Position numbers and translations under genes: made by a program. A DNA stretch of 64,000 nt from an uncultured cyanobacterium. GTDB lineage: Bacteria > Cyanobacteriota > Cyanobacteriia > PCC-9006 > JAAUQQ01. The stretch is taken from contig OY970368.1 in NCBI GenBank assembly GCA_963718615.1, positions 5,568,001 through 5,632,000 on the forward strand, written 5' to 3'. Positions 10,416 to 20,832 of the stretch are shown piece after piece. Under the pieces are notes generated by a model. The model was not told the DNA's origin. It did no database searches and saw only the letters and a program-made list of their open reading frames with translations. Each line of letters begins with the position of its first letter. Positions within the stretch are counted from its first letter, which is position 1.

Positions 10416-10657
10416 AACTCAATTTCCTCACCAAACCCACTCCACATTTCTCGGCGAGCCTCTAAGAAATCGGTTTCTGTCAAAGGATCAATGTCAAGGT
10501 TCGACCACAGACCCTTTAAACTTTTGGGAAGGCGACGCGTTGGAATCAAACGATCTTTCAGAAACTCTACAAAGTCCAACACCGTTTGTTGCTGTTTGCT
10601 TGGCAACGAGCGCAGGCTGTCAAAGATAGCCTGCTGAAGACTGACAAGATTCTGCAT
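10412..10657 (-). CDS. DUF2281-like antitoxin
   Basis: LRSLPSKQQQTVLDFVEFL...SLKGLW...EARREMW; coupled to vapC. Confidence 0.8.
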   Translation of the reverse strand: MQNLVSLQQAIFDSLRSLPSKQQQTVLDFVEFLKDRLIPTRRLPKSLKGLWSNLDIDPLTETDFLEARREMWSGFGEEIEL

Positions 10658-10711
10658 AATTTTCATCCAAACCTGTTCTTTTCGCACTACTCTCTTCCCT
10701 TCCTCATTATG

Positions 10712-10835
10712 CCAGCCCAATCCGACCCCCAAAACACCCCGCAGTCTCATAAATCTACCCCCAGACTCAACTAACCCCACCCTCCTACCGAGCCCCACCG
10801 TCTCCAGCCACTACACCTCCCACAAATCTTCAACA
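10712..10835 (-). repeat. repeat copy C: tpsA promoter/leader duplicate
   Basis: Core cctcctaccgagccccaccgtctccagccactacacctcccacaaatcttcaa at 10781-10833. The ATG at 10750 begins MRLRGVLGVGLG. Confidence 0.8.
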
Positions 10836-10987
10836 TCTATTTAGAAAAGCTGCGAGATAATTGCCTCAGTACCCGCTCACCGTCGAACTCCCTCGCAGAT
10901 CAACCTCGCAGATCAACGATCCAAAAGAAGAATGCAGCTACGTTCATCCTCACAGGATCCCTCCCTCCAATTTCTCCCCGAACAAAG

Positions 10988-11371
10988 ATGAATCGCTTTC
11001 TCCAATTCCAAGCCAATACCTTTCAGTTTCCTGGCCAAGGTAAAGCCATCAAAAATAGAACGGCTCTTCATCTTGCCGTCCTCAGCGACGACGCAGCACA
11101 ACTGGAATTTTTGCTGACCCACAATGCCTCGCCCAACGCCCGTGATGCCCAGGGCCATACGCCCTTTCACTATGCGATCGCCAGCAGAAACATCGCCCTA
11201 GCCGAGCGCCTCCTAGAGGCGGGGGCAGATATTAATGTGCGCGATCGCCAACGCCGAACTATCCTCACCATTCTCACCGATCCCAAACTTGCAAAACTCC
11301 CAATCGATTCCGGCGATTTAAGCTTTGAACAACGGGTTAGCTTCTTGCAAAGCAAAGGCGCAATTCGATAG
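10988..11371 (+). CDS. small ankyrin repeat protein
   Basis: TALHLAV...PNARDAQGHTPFHYAI...LLEAGADINVRD. Confidence 0.85.
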   Translation: MNRFLQFQANTFQFPGQGKAIKNRTALHLAVLSDDAAQLEFLLTHNASPNARDAQGHTPFHYAIASRNIALAERLLEAGADINVRDRQRRTILTILTDPKLAKLPIDSGDLSFEQRVSFLQSKGAIR

Positions 11372-11500
11372 CAGTCAAGCCAGTAGCCGCCAAGCCAGTG
11401 ATCTTTCTCGTATATATTGCGAGATGTAAACAAGTCCCACAGCTTCCAGCCTGAACCAGAGAAAATCAGAACATCCACCACTTTGGACCAGATTCACACC

Positions 11501-11959
11501 ATGAATCGACGCGACTTCTTGTCCTGGATGGGGGTTAGCACCCTCGCCACTTCTTTGCCCATGGCGATCGCCGCCTGTAGCAGCCCCACCAGCACCACTC
11601 CCCCCGCTGCCGATTCTGCCACCAGTACTGCCCCCCCCGATACCGCTAGTGCGCCTGAACCCGTGAACCTGGGCACCGTTGATGACCTCAAAGTAAAAGG
11701 TAGCCTCGTTGTCGAACAGCCCGAAAAGATCATCGTCGTGCAAGATCCTCAAAATCCTGACGCCGTCATCGCCCGCACCGCCAACTGCAACCACAAAAAC
11801 TGCACCGTGGGCTGGCAAGCGGACAAGGGTGAATTTGTCTGCCCCTGCCATGACTCCCGCTTTGCCCTGGATGGCAGCATTCTCGCAGGCCCCGCCACCG
11901 AGCCGCTCAAAGTCCTCACGGCCTCCGTCGAAAATGGGCAAGTCGTCGTCACCATGTAG
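11501..11959 (+). CDS. Rieske 2Fe-2S protein with Tat signal and lipobox (PetC3-like)
   Basis: MNRRDFL twin-arginine signal, IAAC lipobox, CNHKNC and CPCHDS Rieske motifs, GPA. Confidence 0.88.
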   Translation: MNRRDFLSWMGVSTLATSLPMAIAACSSPTSTTPPAADSATSTAPPDTASAPEPVNLGTVDDLKVKGSLVVEQPEKIIVVQDPQNPDAVIARTANCNHKNCTVGWQADKGEFVCPCHDSRFALDGSILAGPATEPLKVLTASVENGQVVVTM

Positions 11960-11997
11960 CGCTGTACCCCGCTAAAATTTCGCTGCTAAATTTTGCT

Positions 11998-12774
11998 TTG
12001 ATTGAGCTTCAGTCGGTTCAAGTTGTGTTCAATCCCGATACCCCGCTGGAATCCCTCGCCCTGCGGGGCATTGACGTACAAATTCCAGCGGGACAATTTG
12101 TCACGGTTATTGGCAGCAATGGTGCAGGCAAGTCTACCTTGCTCAATGTCCTCAGCGGCGAAATTTTGCCCCAAGCGGGCCGGGTAAAAATTGCGGACCA
12201 AGTCGTGACCCGCTGGCCCGTAGCCAAGCGATCGCCCCTCGTTTCCCGCGTCTTCCAAAACCCGCTCCTCGGCTCCTGTGCTGACCTCACGGTGGAAGAA
12301 AATCTTGCCCTCGCCTACCAGCGGGGCCAGCGGCGGCGGTTGCGTTGGGCCTTAAATCGATCGCTGCGGGAGGAGTTTCGCGATCGCCTCTCCCGGCTCG
12401 GTCTGGGTTTAGAAAACCGGCTCGGCGATCCCATGGGTCGGCTCTCTGGGGGGCAGCGCCAAGCCATTTGTCTATTTATGGCCACCCTGGCCACCCACAA
12501 AATTTTGCTCCTGGATGAACATACCGCCGCCCTCGATCCGAAAACCGCTGATTTTGTGCTGGAACTCACGCGGGAACTGGTGGCACAGCAGGGGCTGACG
12601 ACGTTAATGGTCACCCATAGTATGCGGCAGGCCTTGGAGGTGGGCGATCGCACCCTCATGCTCCACGATGGCCAAATTGTTTTTGATGTGCAAGGGGCAG
12701 ACCGAGCCAGCTTGAGCGTGGATGATTTGCTCCAACGATTTCAGCGATTGGAAGATCTGTCCTACGAGGTCTAG
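11998..12774 (+). CDS. ABC transporter ATP-binding protein
   Basis: Walker A GSNGAGKST, LSGGQ signature, LLLDEHTAALD. Confidence 0.95.
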   Translation: MIELQSVQVVFNPDTPLESLALRGIDVQIPAGQFVTVIGSNGAGKSTLLNVLSGEILPQAGRVKIADQVVTRWPVAKRSPLVSRVFQNPLLGSCADLTVEENLALAYQRGQRRRLRWALNRSLREEFRDRLSRLGLGLENRLGDPMGRLSGGQRQAICLFMATLATHKILLLDEHTAALDPKTADFVLELTRELVAQQGLTTLMVTHSMRQALEVGDRTLMLHDGQIVFDVQGADRASLSVDDLLQRFQRLEDLSYEV

Positions 12775-13176
12775 GTCATGCCTGTATTTTTGCGGAGTAA
12801 TTTTCAGATTTGAGCTAACGCTTTTGGTGCGTCAAGAGATAGAAGATTCGATAATTTTGCGTTCCTGTCGATTTGTACCGTTTTCGTATTTTTACCGGAT
12901 ATAGCAGTTGTAAACTCCCTCTATATACGTGAGTTTTTCGGTGACTAAAAGTATCGCTGAGAATAAAAACATTATCCTGTTTTCAGAGCATACTTTTGAA
13001 TCTCAGAATTGAGAAATTCCCGACAAAATTTGTAGATAATTCGTGAAGTCTTTGAGCCTTAGAGACTAAAACTTCACTCAAATTGGTTATTTACAACGAG
13101 GGGTATCGCTGAAGATAGAAGACCTAGACTTGCCTTAACCTAGAAAGCGTTGCATGGCCTTTGATGTTCTACATTC

Positions 13177-15933
13177 ATGCTAAATTCCACCACTAGCTCC
13201 TCCGATCTTCAGGGTTTCTACAAGACCATTGCGCCATGGATTGATCTCTATTTATCCTCTCCCTATGGCATGAGCGGGTTGGATCAAAACTCAATGACCC
13301 AACTACTCAATGATCCTACGTTCAGTACAGTTCTGGGAGAATACCTATCTACAGCAGTGGCTCCAGCGTTACTCGATGGCTTGAGCGACGAAACCATCGA
13401 AACCACGCTCCTAAAGGCCATGCAAGCCGGGTGGGATCAGGGAAAAGCTGAGGATTCCCTTTGCCCTATGCCAGAAGTCCTAGCGAGTGATCCAACGGTG
13501 GACCTAGGCGGTAATGATGCCACAAACGCGTTCAGCTTGACGTTGACCGAGGGGAAGGCGATCGCCCAGGACTGGATCGGCCTCAATGGGGATTCTCGAG
13601 ACTACTATCGTTTTAATCTAGAACAGTCCGGGACTCTCTCCGTTACGCTCAGTGGCTTGAGCGATAACGTTAATATGCAACTGTTTAATGAACAAGGCCA
13701 ACGGGTTGGGGCCTCCTATACTGGCGGTACCCAAGATGACGTGATTAGCGGAACGTTTCAAGCGGGAAGCTATTATGTCGCCCTGTTTGGTAAAACGCCT
13801 GATGTGCAGACATCCTATTCTCTAAACATTCAAGGACCAGCATCCTTACCGGCTCCGATTGCACCGGTCTCGCCTGCAACCACCACAGAACCCACATCAA
13901 CGCCGACCGCAACGCCGACCGCAACGCCGACCTCAACGCCTCAAAGCACGCTCAATCCCAGCCTAGACGGGGCGGGAGATGGGTTTGATACGGCTCGGCT
14001 GCTCACCTGGGATAGGGGACAGGCGATCGCCCAGGACTGGATCGGTGTCAATGGCGATTTGAAAGACTACTATCGATTTGCGATCGCCCAAACGGGCGAT
14101 GTCATGGTAACGCTCAGTGGTTTAAGCGATAACGCGAACCTACAACTCTTCAATAATCAGGGCCAGCGGATCGGTGCGTCCTATGCGGGCGGTACCCAGA
14201 ATGATGTGATTGCCAGTAAGCTCGCTGCTGGGGATTACTACGCCGTTGTCTTTGGCAAAACCACGGATGTGAAGACGGCCTATACCCTCACCCTCAAAGG
14301 CCCCACGGCAGAGCCAACCCCCCTAGAGCCAGCTTCCGTTGACCCAACATCCATCGAGCCCGAGCCCTCAGAGCCAGATCCTTTACCCAGCCCCAATCCC
14401 AATATAGATTTAGCCGGAGATACGTTTGGCACGGCCTATCAACTTGATCTTAGTCAAGGATCGGCAACGGTGCAAGATTGGATGGGGCTAAATGGTGATG
14501 TGCGAGATTACTATTCCTTTGATGTCGCCAAGGCCGGTGAAGTCACGGTTACGCTCAGCGGTCTCAGTGACAATGTCAATCTCCAACTGTTTAATAGCCA
14601 AGGCCAGAGAATTGCAGCTTCCTACGCTGGGGGCACTCAAAATGATGTGATTGCCCAAACGCTGGCCGAGGGTACTTATTCGGTCATGCTATTTGGCAAA
14701 ACGAGTGATGTTAAAACCGCTTATACACTGTCCGTTGTAGCCCCGGTTGCGGATGCGACTGATCCGACGACAGCTCCTGAATCTGTACCGACTGTTCCCC
14801 AAACCAATCCCATCTCTGAGCCTGTTTCTGAGCCTAATTCTGAGCCCGTGTTCGATTGGTTTAGTAACAATCTTCAGGATGCGGAGCTGAAGAGTATGGC
14901 GCGCGATCGCTTCCAGGATGGCAAGATCGATCGCAATGATATGATTGCACTGCTGCAATCAGCGGGGGATGCAAATGTTGTCGACAGCGCTGAATTTGCT
15001 GATCTCAAAACCCTCGTGAGTTCAGCCGCTTATCTCAAGCTCGATGACTACGTTGTCAATTTGTCCAACAAGTTGGTGAATGGCGATCGCGCCAACCAAT
15101 GGTATACCGGCGGTGCAACTCAGCGGACGGATCTGGGTAATTTGCAGGCGGGGAGCAGTGCCGACCAGTTGAATAAGCTGATTGGTAAATGGTTCTTGGG
15201 GAGCGATCGCCCCACCACGCTGTCTACCTCCCACCAATATACCTATGTCCAAGGACAGCTGTTCCAGAATGGGATTCAGCTTGAAGATATTGTTCAATCC
15301 CAACTGGGCGATTGTTACTTGATGGTGGTTTTGGCTGGCACCGCCCAGAAACATGCCAATGTGATTCAAGATATGTTTATTGACAACGGTGACGGTACGT
15401 TTACAGTGCGATTCTTTAAGAATGGCGTCGCGGACTATGTCACGGTCGATCGCTATCTGTCCTCAATCAACGGTACCGGCAAGAGCCCCTATACACAATT
15501 TGGCAGTTCGCCCACCAACAGCAGCAACGAACTCTGGGGGGCATTGCTAGAAAAAGCCTATGCTCAGCTCAATGAGTCGGGTTGGGTTGGCCAAGACAAT
15601 ACCAACAGCTATGCAGGAATTGAAGGGGGTTGGATGTCTATGCCCACCAGCCAAGTGCTAGGAGTGAGAAGCCGCTCGGTTGCAATTACAAGCAGCAGCA
15701 TTTCTAAGGCCAGCATGATTGATTTGGTCAATTCTCAACAGGTGGTCACCGTGGGTATCGTGGGAGCGGGTCAGTATGGCGCGGTGGATAACCATGCCTA
15801 TACGCTCAAGGGCTATGATGCAGTCACTCAAACCTTCCAATTGCATAACCCTTGGGGTACAAAGCACATCAGCTTGACCTGGGAGCAATTACAGAGCATG
15901 GGCACTAACTTTGTCTGGTCGGAGCTGGCCTAG
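13177..15933 (+). CDS. calpain-like (peptidase C2) cysteine protease with three PPC domains
   Basis: Three DYYRF...LSGLSDNVNLQLFN...GxYY repeats with Pro/Thr linkers. Catalytic-triad motifs QLGDCY, NHAY, HNPWG; also LLEKAYA. Confidence 0.88.
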   Translation: MLNSTTSSSDLQGFYKTIAPWIDLYLSSPYGMSGLDQNSMTQLLNDPTFSTVLGEYLSTAVAPALLDGLSDETIETTLLKAMQAGWDQGKAEDSLCPMPEVLASDPTVDLGGNDATNAFSLTLTEGKAIAQDWIGLNGDSRDYYRFNLEQSGTLSVTLSGLSDNVNMQLFNEQGQRVGASYTGGTQDDVISGTFQAGSYYVALFGKTPDVQTSYSLNIQGPASLPAPIAPVSPATTTEPTSTPTATPTATPTSTPQSTLNPSLDGAGDGFDTARLLTWDRGQAIAQDWIGVNGDLKDYYRFAIAQTGDVMVTLSGLSDNANLQLFNNQGQRIGASYAGGTQNDVIASKLAAGDYYAVVFGKTTDVKTAYTLTLKGPTAEPTPLEPASVDPTSIEPEPSEPDPLPSPNPNIDLAGDTFGTAYQLDLSQGSATVQDWMGLNGDVRDYYSFDVAKAGEVTVTLSGLSDNVNLQLFNSQGQRIAASYAGGTQNDVIAQTLAEGTYSVMLFGKTSDVKTAYTLSVVAPVADATDPTTAPESVPTVPQTNPISEPVSEPNSEPVFDWFSNNLQDAELKSMARDRFQDGKIDRNDMIALLQSAGDANVVDSAEFADLKTLVSSAAYLKLDDYVVNLSNKLVNGDRANQWYTGGATQRTDLGNLQAGSSADQLNKLIGKWFLGSDRPTTLSTSHQYTYVQGQLFQNGIQLEDIVQSQLGDCYLMVVLAGTAQKHANVIQDMFIDNGDGTFTVRFFKNGVADYVTVDRYLSSINGTGKSPYTQFGSSPTNSSNELWGALLEKAYAQLNESGWVGQDNTNSYAGIEGGWMSMPTSQVLGVRSRSVAITSSSISKASMIDLVNSQQVVTVGIVGAGQYGAVDNHAYTLKGYDAVTQTFQLHNPWGTKHISLTWEQLQSMGTNFVWSELA

Positions 15934-16044
15934 GGGGGGTATTGATACGATCCTGGACTCATGGGTTGATTAACCAGCAGGTCATTCCGTAAAATTGCGG
16001 CTATGAGGCGATAACCTTTCGTCACAACGTAACCGGATAGGGAC

Positions 16045-19000
16045 ATGACTCAAACATGGTGGCAGGGGCTGAGCTGGGCGTTAGTCGCCTGGAGTGGGCT
16101 GTGGGTGAAGTCAGGCTTGGCCCAAAATCTGGTAATCGATGGCACGCTGGGAGTCCCAGGCACGAGTGGGGCGTTACTGGGACCGATTTATGATGTTCCC
16201 CAAGGGTTAGGCAGTCGCCAAGGGCAGAATCTATTTCACAGTTTTAGTCAGTTTAGTTTGCAAGTGGGAGAGGAAGCTCGGTTTGAAGCGGGGCCAGAAA
16301 TTCGCAATATTTTGACGCGGGTGACGGGAGGGAGCGCTTCGCAGATTGACGGAGTAATTTCGACACCAAGTTCGACGGCGAATTTCTTTTTGATGAATCC
16401 TGCGGGATTAGTATTTGGGCCGAATGCGCAGCTTGATCTGGGCGGTTCGTTTGTAGGGACGACGGCGAGTAGGGTACGGTTTGGGGAATTCGGCGAATTT
16501 AGTGTGGTGAATCCGCAGGCCCCTGCACTGTTGACGATCGATCCGTCGGCGTTGCTGTTTGGGGTGGCACCGGGCCAGATTGTGAGTCGCTCGGTGGCTC
16601 CGGCAGGGGTGAGTCCGAGTGGGCGATCGCTCTTCGGCCTTACTGTCTCTCCGGGCCAAAGCCTTGCCTTGGTTGGGGGCGATATCACGGTTGATGGGGG
16701 TGGGGTCATTGGGGGACTGAATGCCCAGGGGGGTTGGTTGGAACTAGGAGGTTTAGCCAATGCAGGATCTGTTGATTTGGCAAGTTTGGGTACCAGCGGT
16801 TGGCGGTTGGTTTTTCCTGGGGATGCGGCTTTGGCGAATGTTCGTTTGGTGAATGGTGCGCGGGTGAATGTGCGGGGAGTAGGGGGGGGCGATATTCGGG
16901 TGAATGCGAATCGTTTGTTGGGGGAAGATGGGGGGCGGTTAATTGCGGGTACGGAGGGTAATGGTGATGCGGGTGATCTGATCGTTAATGCGAAGACGAT
17001 CGAATTTCGGGGACAGGTTGTTAATGCGAATCAAGAGGTTATTGCAGCTTCTGGAGCCTCGAATGATGTCGCTGATAATGCAACAGCCAATAGCGGACTA
17101 ACGCAGTTGAAGGGCGATCGCCTCATCCTCTCAGCGGGGGCGCAAGTGGGTAATGCTACGTTTGGAGATGGAGATAGTGGGCCTGTCGTGTTGGAGTTTC
17201 AAGATGCTATTATATTAGATGGATTAGATAAAAAAGATACTGGAATTTTCAGTCAAGTTTTTAATACAAATACTTTGGTCAATAGTGGCGATCTGCGCAT
17301 CAAAACACCAAGACTTCAAGTCACGAATGGTGCACAGATTTCAAGTGCGATTTTTGGCACAGGCAATGGAGGCTTGATCAGGATTGATGCCGATGAAATT
17401 ATTCTCACTGGCCGAGTGAGTTGTGGCAATGACTGTAATTTTGCGAGTAGCATTGCTAGTGGTACCGATAATGGCGCAGAGGGAAATGGAGGCGATATCG
17501 AAATTTTCACAGATTCTTTGACAATATCAGATGGCGCTGACATAAATTCTTTTTTGAGAGGTCGGGGTAAAGGGGGGGATATTACAATTGAGGGGCGCGA
17601 GTTTGTTGAGCTTGATGGTTCCCCTTCTACAATTAATACATCGATTTTCCCGGACGGTGTGGGAAATGGCGGAAATATTACTTTGAGTACGCCTACTTTA
17701 TCCTTGCATAGAGGAGCATTTATTGAGTCTGGAAATAGTGGTGGGAAGGGTGATGCTGGAGATATTTCTATCACAAGCGATCGCCTAGAAATTTCACAAT
17801 TGGGTGAAGATTCTAAATTTTCTGGTGCTATCAGCAGTCAGTCTAACGGTAAAGGTGATTCAGGTGCTATCACAATTGATGCATCACAGATTATCTTTCA
17901 GGATGAAGGGGGTATGTTTGCTGGCGTCTTTATATTTGATGAGTTTAATGTTGTTGCCGAAGGAAGTGGCCAAGATATCCAAATTAAAGCTCAATCTTTG
18001 TATTTGAACAATTTTTTGATTACTACTCAAGTTTCCGGCAATGGAACTGCGGGTAATATTAGAATTCAAGCAGAAGGTCCCGTCTCATTAGAGTCGAGTA
18101 GTATATCTACAGCCTTTGGTGGTGTAGAAAGTATCGGACAAGCGGGAAATGTACAAATTAATGCCCAATCATTAAACCTGAAAGATAGCAGTATCATCAG
18201 TATCACTCGAGCGAAAGGAGATTCAGGCTCAATTACACTTCAAACGCGTGAAGATATACGTTTAGACGGTAAGACTCTCTTGGGTAGTTCTGTAACAGAT
18301 GAAAGGAGCTCTGGGCGAGCCCAGGATATCAGTCTGGAAGCCAGAGCAATTTGGATTGGAGAGGGGGTTATTTTACTTTCTGCCAATGTGGCTCAGAATG
18401 ATGCTGGTGCAATTCGGCTCAAGGCTCGCGATCGCATCGACATCGGTCAAGAAGCATCATTATTCAGCAGCACGTTCGGCGCTGGAAAAGCTGGAGATAT
18501 TTTGATTGACACCCCTGTTCTGACGATGGCTGTAGGGAGTCAGTTAAGGAGCGAGTCCTTACAGATTAATTCAGAAGATGGGGGGGTGGGAACAGCGGGA
18601 AACATTGAGATTGCGGGCGATCGCCTAACCGTCAACGGAGCCACAATTTCCACCAACAGCGCTAACACCGACGGCGGCAACATCCGCTTCAACCTCAGCG
18701 ACGCCGTTCTCTTTTCCAACAATAGCCTCCTTTCCACAAATGCAGGTACCGCCCAAGGCGGTGGCAATGGCGGGAACATCACCATTAACACTCCCTTCCT
18801 AATCGGTTTACCCAACAACAATAGCGATATAATCGCCAACGCCTTCAGCGGCAGCGGCGGCAAGATTCAGATCACGACCCAAGGAATCCTGAATTTTGAC
18901 CTTGCCAACAATCAAACAGATACCCAACTTCGAGCTAATACAACCAACGACATTAGCGCCAGTTCTCAACTAGGAACTTCCGGCATACTCACCCTCACCG

Positions 19001-19347
19001 GCTTCAATACAGACCCGAGCCAAGGAACCGTTGCACTGTCTGAAACCTTCACCGATCCAACCGATCAAATCGATCGCAGTTGCTCCCCCGAAGGCATCAT
19101 CCTCAGCGAGTTCTTCATCACCGGGCGCAGCGGACTGCCCCTCAGTCCCGATGAATCCTTCTCTACCGACCTCCTCGCTGGTTGGGTGCCTCTAGCGGAA
19201 CAAGGCCCAAACCTAGCCGTTGCCGAACAGTCTCGCCGCCCTAGGGCCACAATGGTCCTCGAAGCCTCGGCGTGGGAGCGCGATCGCCAAGGCCAAATTC
19301 ATCTGACGGCACCGAAGCCCGTGGAGAGGCGATCGCCTACTTGCTAA
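16045..19347 (+). CDS. filamentous haemagglutinin / TpsA-like secreted protein
   Basis: Signal peptide ending LAQ, NLFHSFSQF, NILTRVTGG, FFLMNPAG, GxAGxI repeats, C-terminal SDIIANAFSGSGG. Confidence 0.9.
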   Translation: MTQTWWQGLSWALVAWSGLWVKSGLAQNLVIDGTLGVPGTSGALLGPIYDVPQGLGSRQGQNLFHSFSQFSLQVGEEARFEAGPEIRNILTRVTGGSASQIDGVISTPSSTANFFLMNPAGLVFGPNAQLDLGGSFVGTTASRVRFGEFGEFSVVNPQAPALLTIDPSALLFGVAPGQIVSRSVAPAGVSPSGRSLFGLTVSPGQSLALVGGDITVDGGGVIGGLNAQGGWLELGGLANAGSVDLASLGTSGWRLVFPGDAALANVRLVNGARVNVRGVGGGDIRVNANRLLGEDGGRLIAGTEGNGDAGDLIVNAKTIEFRGQVVNANQEVIAASGASNDVADNATANSGLTQLKGDRLILSAGAQVGNATFGDGDSGPVVLEFQDAIILDGLDKKDTGIFSQVFNTNTLVNSGDLRIKTPRLQVTNGAQISSAIFGTGNGGLIRIDADEIILTGRVSCGNDCNFASSIASGTDNGAEGNGGDIEIFTDSLTISDGADINSFLRGRGKGGDITIEGREFVELDGSPSTINTSIFPDGVGNGGNITLSTPTLSLHRGAFIESGNSGGKGDAGDISITSDRLEISQLGEDSKFSGAISSQSNGKGDSGAITIDASQIIFQDEGGMFAGVFIFDEFNVVAEGSGQDIQIKAQSLYLNNFLITTQVSGNGTAGNIRIQAEGPVSLESSSISTAFGGVESIGQAGNVQINAQSLNLKDSSIISITRAKGDSGSITLQTREDIRLDGKTLLGSSVTDERSSGRAQDISLEARAIWIGEGVILLSANVAQNDAGAIRLKARDRIDIGQEASLFSSTFGAGKAGDILIDTPVLTMAVGSQLRSESLQINSEDGGVGTAGNIEIAGDRLTVNGATISTNSANTDGGNIRFNLSDAVLFSNNSLLSTNAGTAQGGGNGGNITINTPFLIGLPNNNSDIIANAFSGSGGKIQITTQGILNFDLANNQTDTQLRANTTNDISASSQLGTSGILTLTGFNTDPSQGTVALSETFTDPTDQIDRSCSPEGIILSEFFITGRSGLPLSPDESFSTDLLAGWVPLAEQGPNLAVAEQSRRPRATMVLEASAWERDRQGQIHLTAPKPVERRSPTC

Positions 19348-19831
19348 AGGAAAACACCAGCGATGGCGTTGCTGTTGCATGCCCGATAATCTTTTGGCCA
19401 CCGTTTTGGAATGCTCCCTCTAGTTCAGGTGAGTTGCCATAAAAACCATTGAGTTTTAGCTTCACCTGAGATCCTTGTACCGTAGTCGTGAGGGGGCCTT
19501 GCTTGAGGACGGTATCCACCCACTGACCATTGACCTGCTTCGAGCCAATATGCTTCCAAACGCCCGCTGCACCGCCGCCCGGTACTTGTAAAACTAAATG
19601 GGTCAACACATCATCCCCTTGATAATGCATATTGCCCTCCCAGGTTCCTACGAGGCTCATCGCCACTTGGAAGTTTGCAGGACCACTGGGGCGGGCTGGC
19701 TGGCTTTGGACGGTGCCCTGAACCCTTACAGGACCGGCGATCGCCCCTCCCACCGAGCCCAAAACTAACACACCCGCCAACATCGAAACAGTAACCGTCG
19801 CCGACTGAGCAAACTTTTGGGAAATAGACAT
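19337..19831 (-). CDS. hypothetical secreted protein
   Basis: N-terminal hydrophobic signal ending AIA; beta-rich domain starting LVGTWEG. Confidence 0.65.
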   Translation of the reverse strand: MSISQKFAQSATVTVSMLAGVLVLGSVGGAIAGPVRVQGTVQSQPARPSGPANFQVAMSLVGTWEGNMHYQGDDVLTHLVLQVPGGGAAGVWKHIGSKQVNGQWVDTVLKQGPLTTTVQGSQVKLKLNGFYGNSPELEGAFQNGGQKIIGHATATPSLVFSFSK

Positions 19832-20003
19832 GGTTGGTACTCCTAGAAAAATTCAAGAAAGAGGTGACGAACAGGGGATGAAACCCACGCTGTGTATCGC
19901 GCTTCCTTCTCTAGGGCACAGCGGTAGCGATTATGCAGGGAGCTCCGCGCGATTCGCCTAAAATAGAAATGGCACAGAAGTTTCGCCCCAGCAGGGTCTT
20001 CCC

Positions 20004-20684
20004 ATGACGTTTGAACAGCAACCCCAGGATCTGCGGCAACGGGTCAAGCAATTGGCAGAGGCTGCGATCGCCCAAGCCCAACCCACTGCTTGGTTTGAAA
20101 AGCTTTATGCCGCTGCCCAGGGAAATCCAGACCAAGTGCCTTGGGCAAAGTTGGATATGCATCCCCATATTCGAGATTGGTTGACGCGGCAAGCCGTCCT
20201 GGAAGAACAACAAGCCGCTTTAGTGGTGGGCTGCGGTTTAGGAGATGATGCGGAAGCCTTGCAAGCGTTAGGGTTTCAGGTGACGGCGTTTGATATTGCC
20301 CCGACGGCGATCGCCTGGTGTCATCAACGCTTTCCCGATTCATCGGTGGACTATCAGGTGGGCGACTTGTTAGCGCCAAATTCGGCCTGGGTCGGTGCGT
20401 TTGATTTGGTGGTGGAATGTCGGGATATTCAGGCATTGCCCTTGAGTTTGCGTGGGAAAGCGATCGCCTCCGTTGCCAGTTTGGTTGCACCGGGTGGCAG
20501 ACTGTTGGTCGTGACCCGGCTGCGGCAAACCGAAGCGGAACCCGAAGGTCCGCCTTGGCCCCTATCGGAAGGGGAACTGGCCGCCTTTGGCACAGCAGGA
20601 TTGGCAGAGATTCAGCGGTCGGAATTCGTCAGCGAAGATCCCACGGTCCATGAAGCCTGGATTGAATATCGGCGACAGCAATAA
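20004..20684 (+). CDS. class I SAM-dependent methyltransferase (TPMT-like)
   Basis: LVVGCGLGDDA motif I, AFDIAPTAI, GPPWPL. Confidence 0.88.
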   Translation: MTFEQQPQDLRQRVKQLAEAAIAQAQPTAWFEKLYAAAQGNPDQVPWAKLDMHPHIRDWLTRQAVLEEQQAALVVGCGLGDDAEALQALGFQVTAFDIAPTAIAWCHQRFPDSSVDYQVGDLLAPNSAWVGAFDLVVECRDIQALPLSLRGKAIASVASLVAPGGRLLVVTRLRQTEAEPEGPPWPLSEGELAAFGTAGLAEIQRSEFVSEDPTVHEAWIEYRRQQ

Positions 20685-20832
20685 ATCCTACCGCCATCAC
20701 ATCTGACTGCCATTTCTGACTGCCATCACAACAGACCTTCTATTGCTAACGGGTTCAATTTCTGAGCCATTTTTGAGCTATTTCTGAGCCATTGAGGAAC
20801 GCGCCCGGTGTAAACTTGCCACTGGCTCCCTT

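Noticed and set aside
10658-10798. N-terminal extension of the DUF2281 ORF (128 aa call)
   Set aside because: The extension runs through repeat copy C and the promoter. The real start is probably ATG 10657.
9040-10835. Three-copy repeat as a CRISPR array or classical attC integron
   Set aside because: Units are long and degenerate, the intervening segments are ~700-bp genes, and there is no cas or intI gene and no clear attC palindrome. Reported instead as a cassette-like array.
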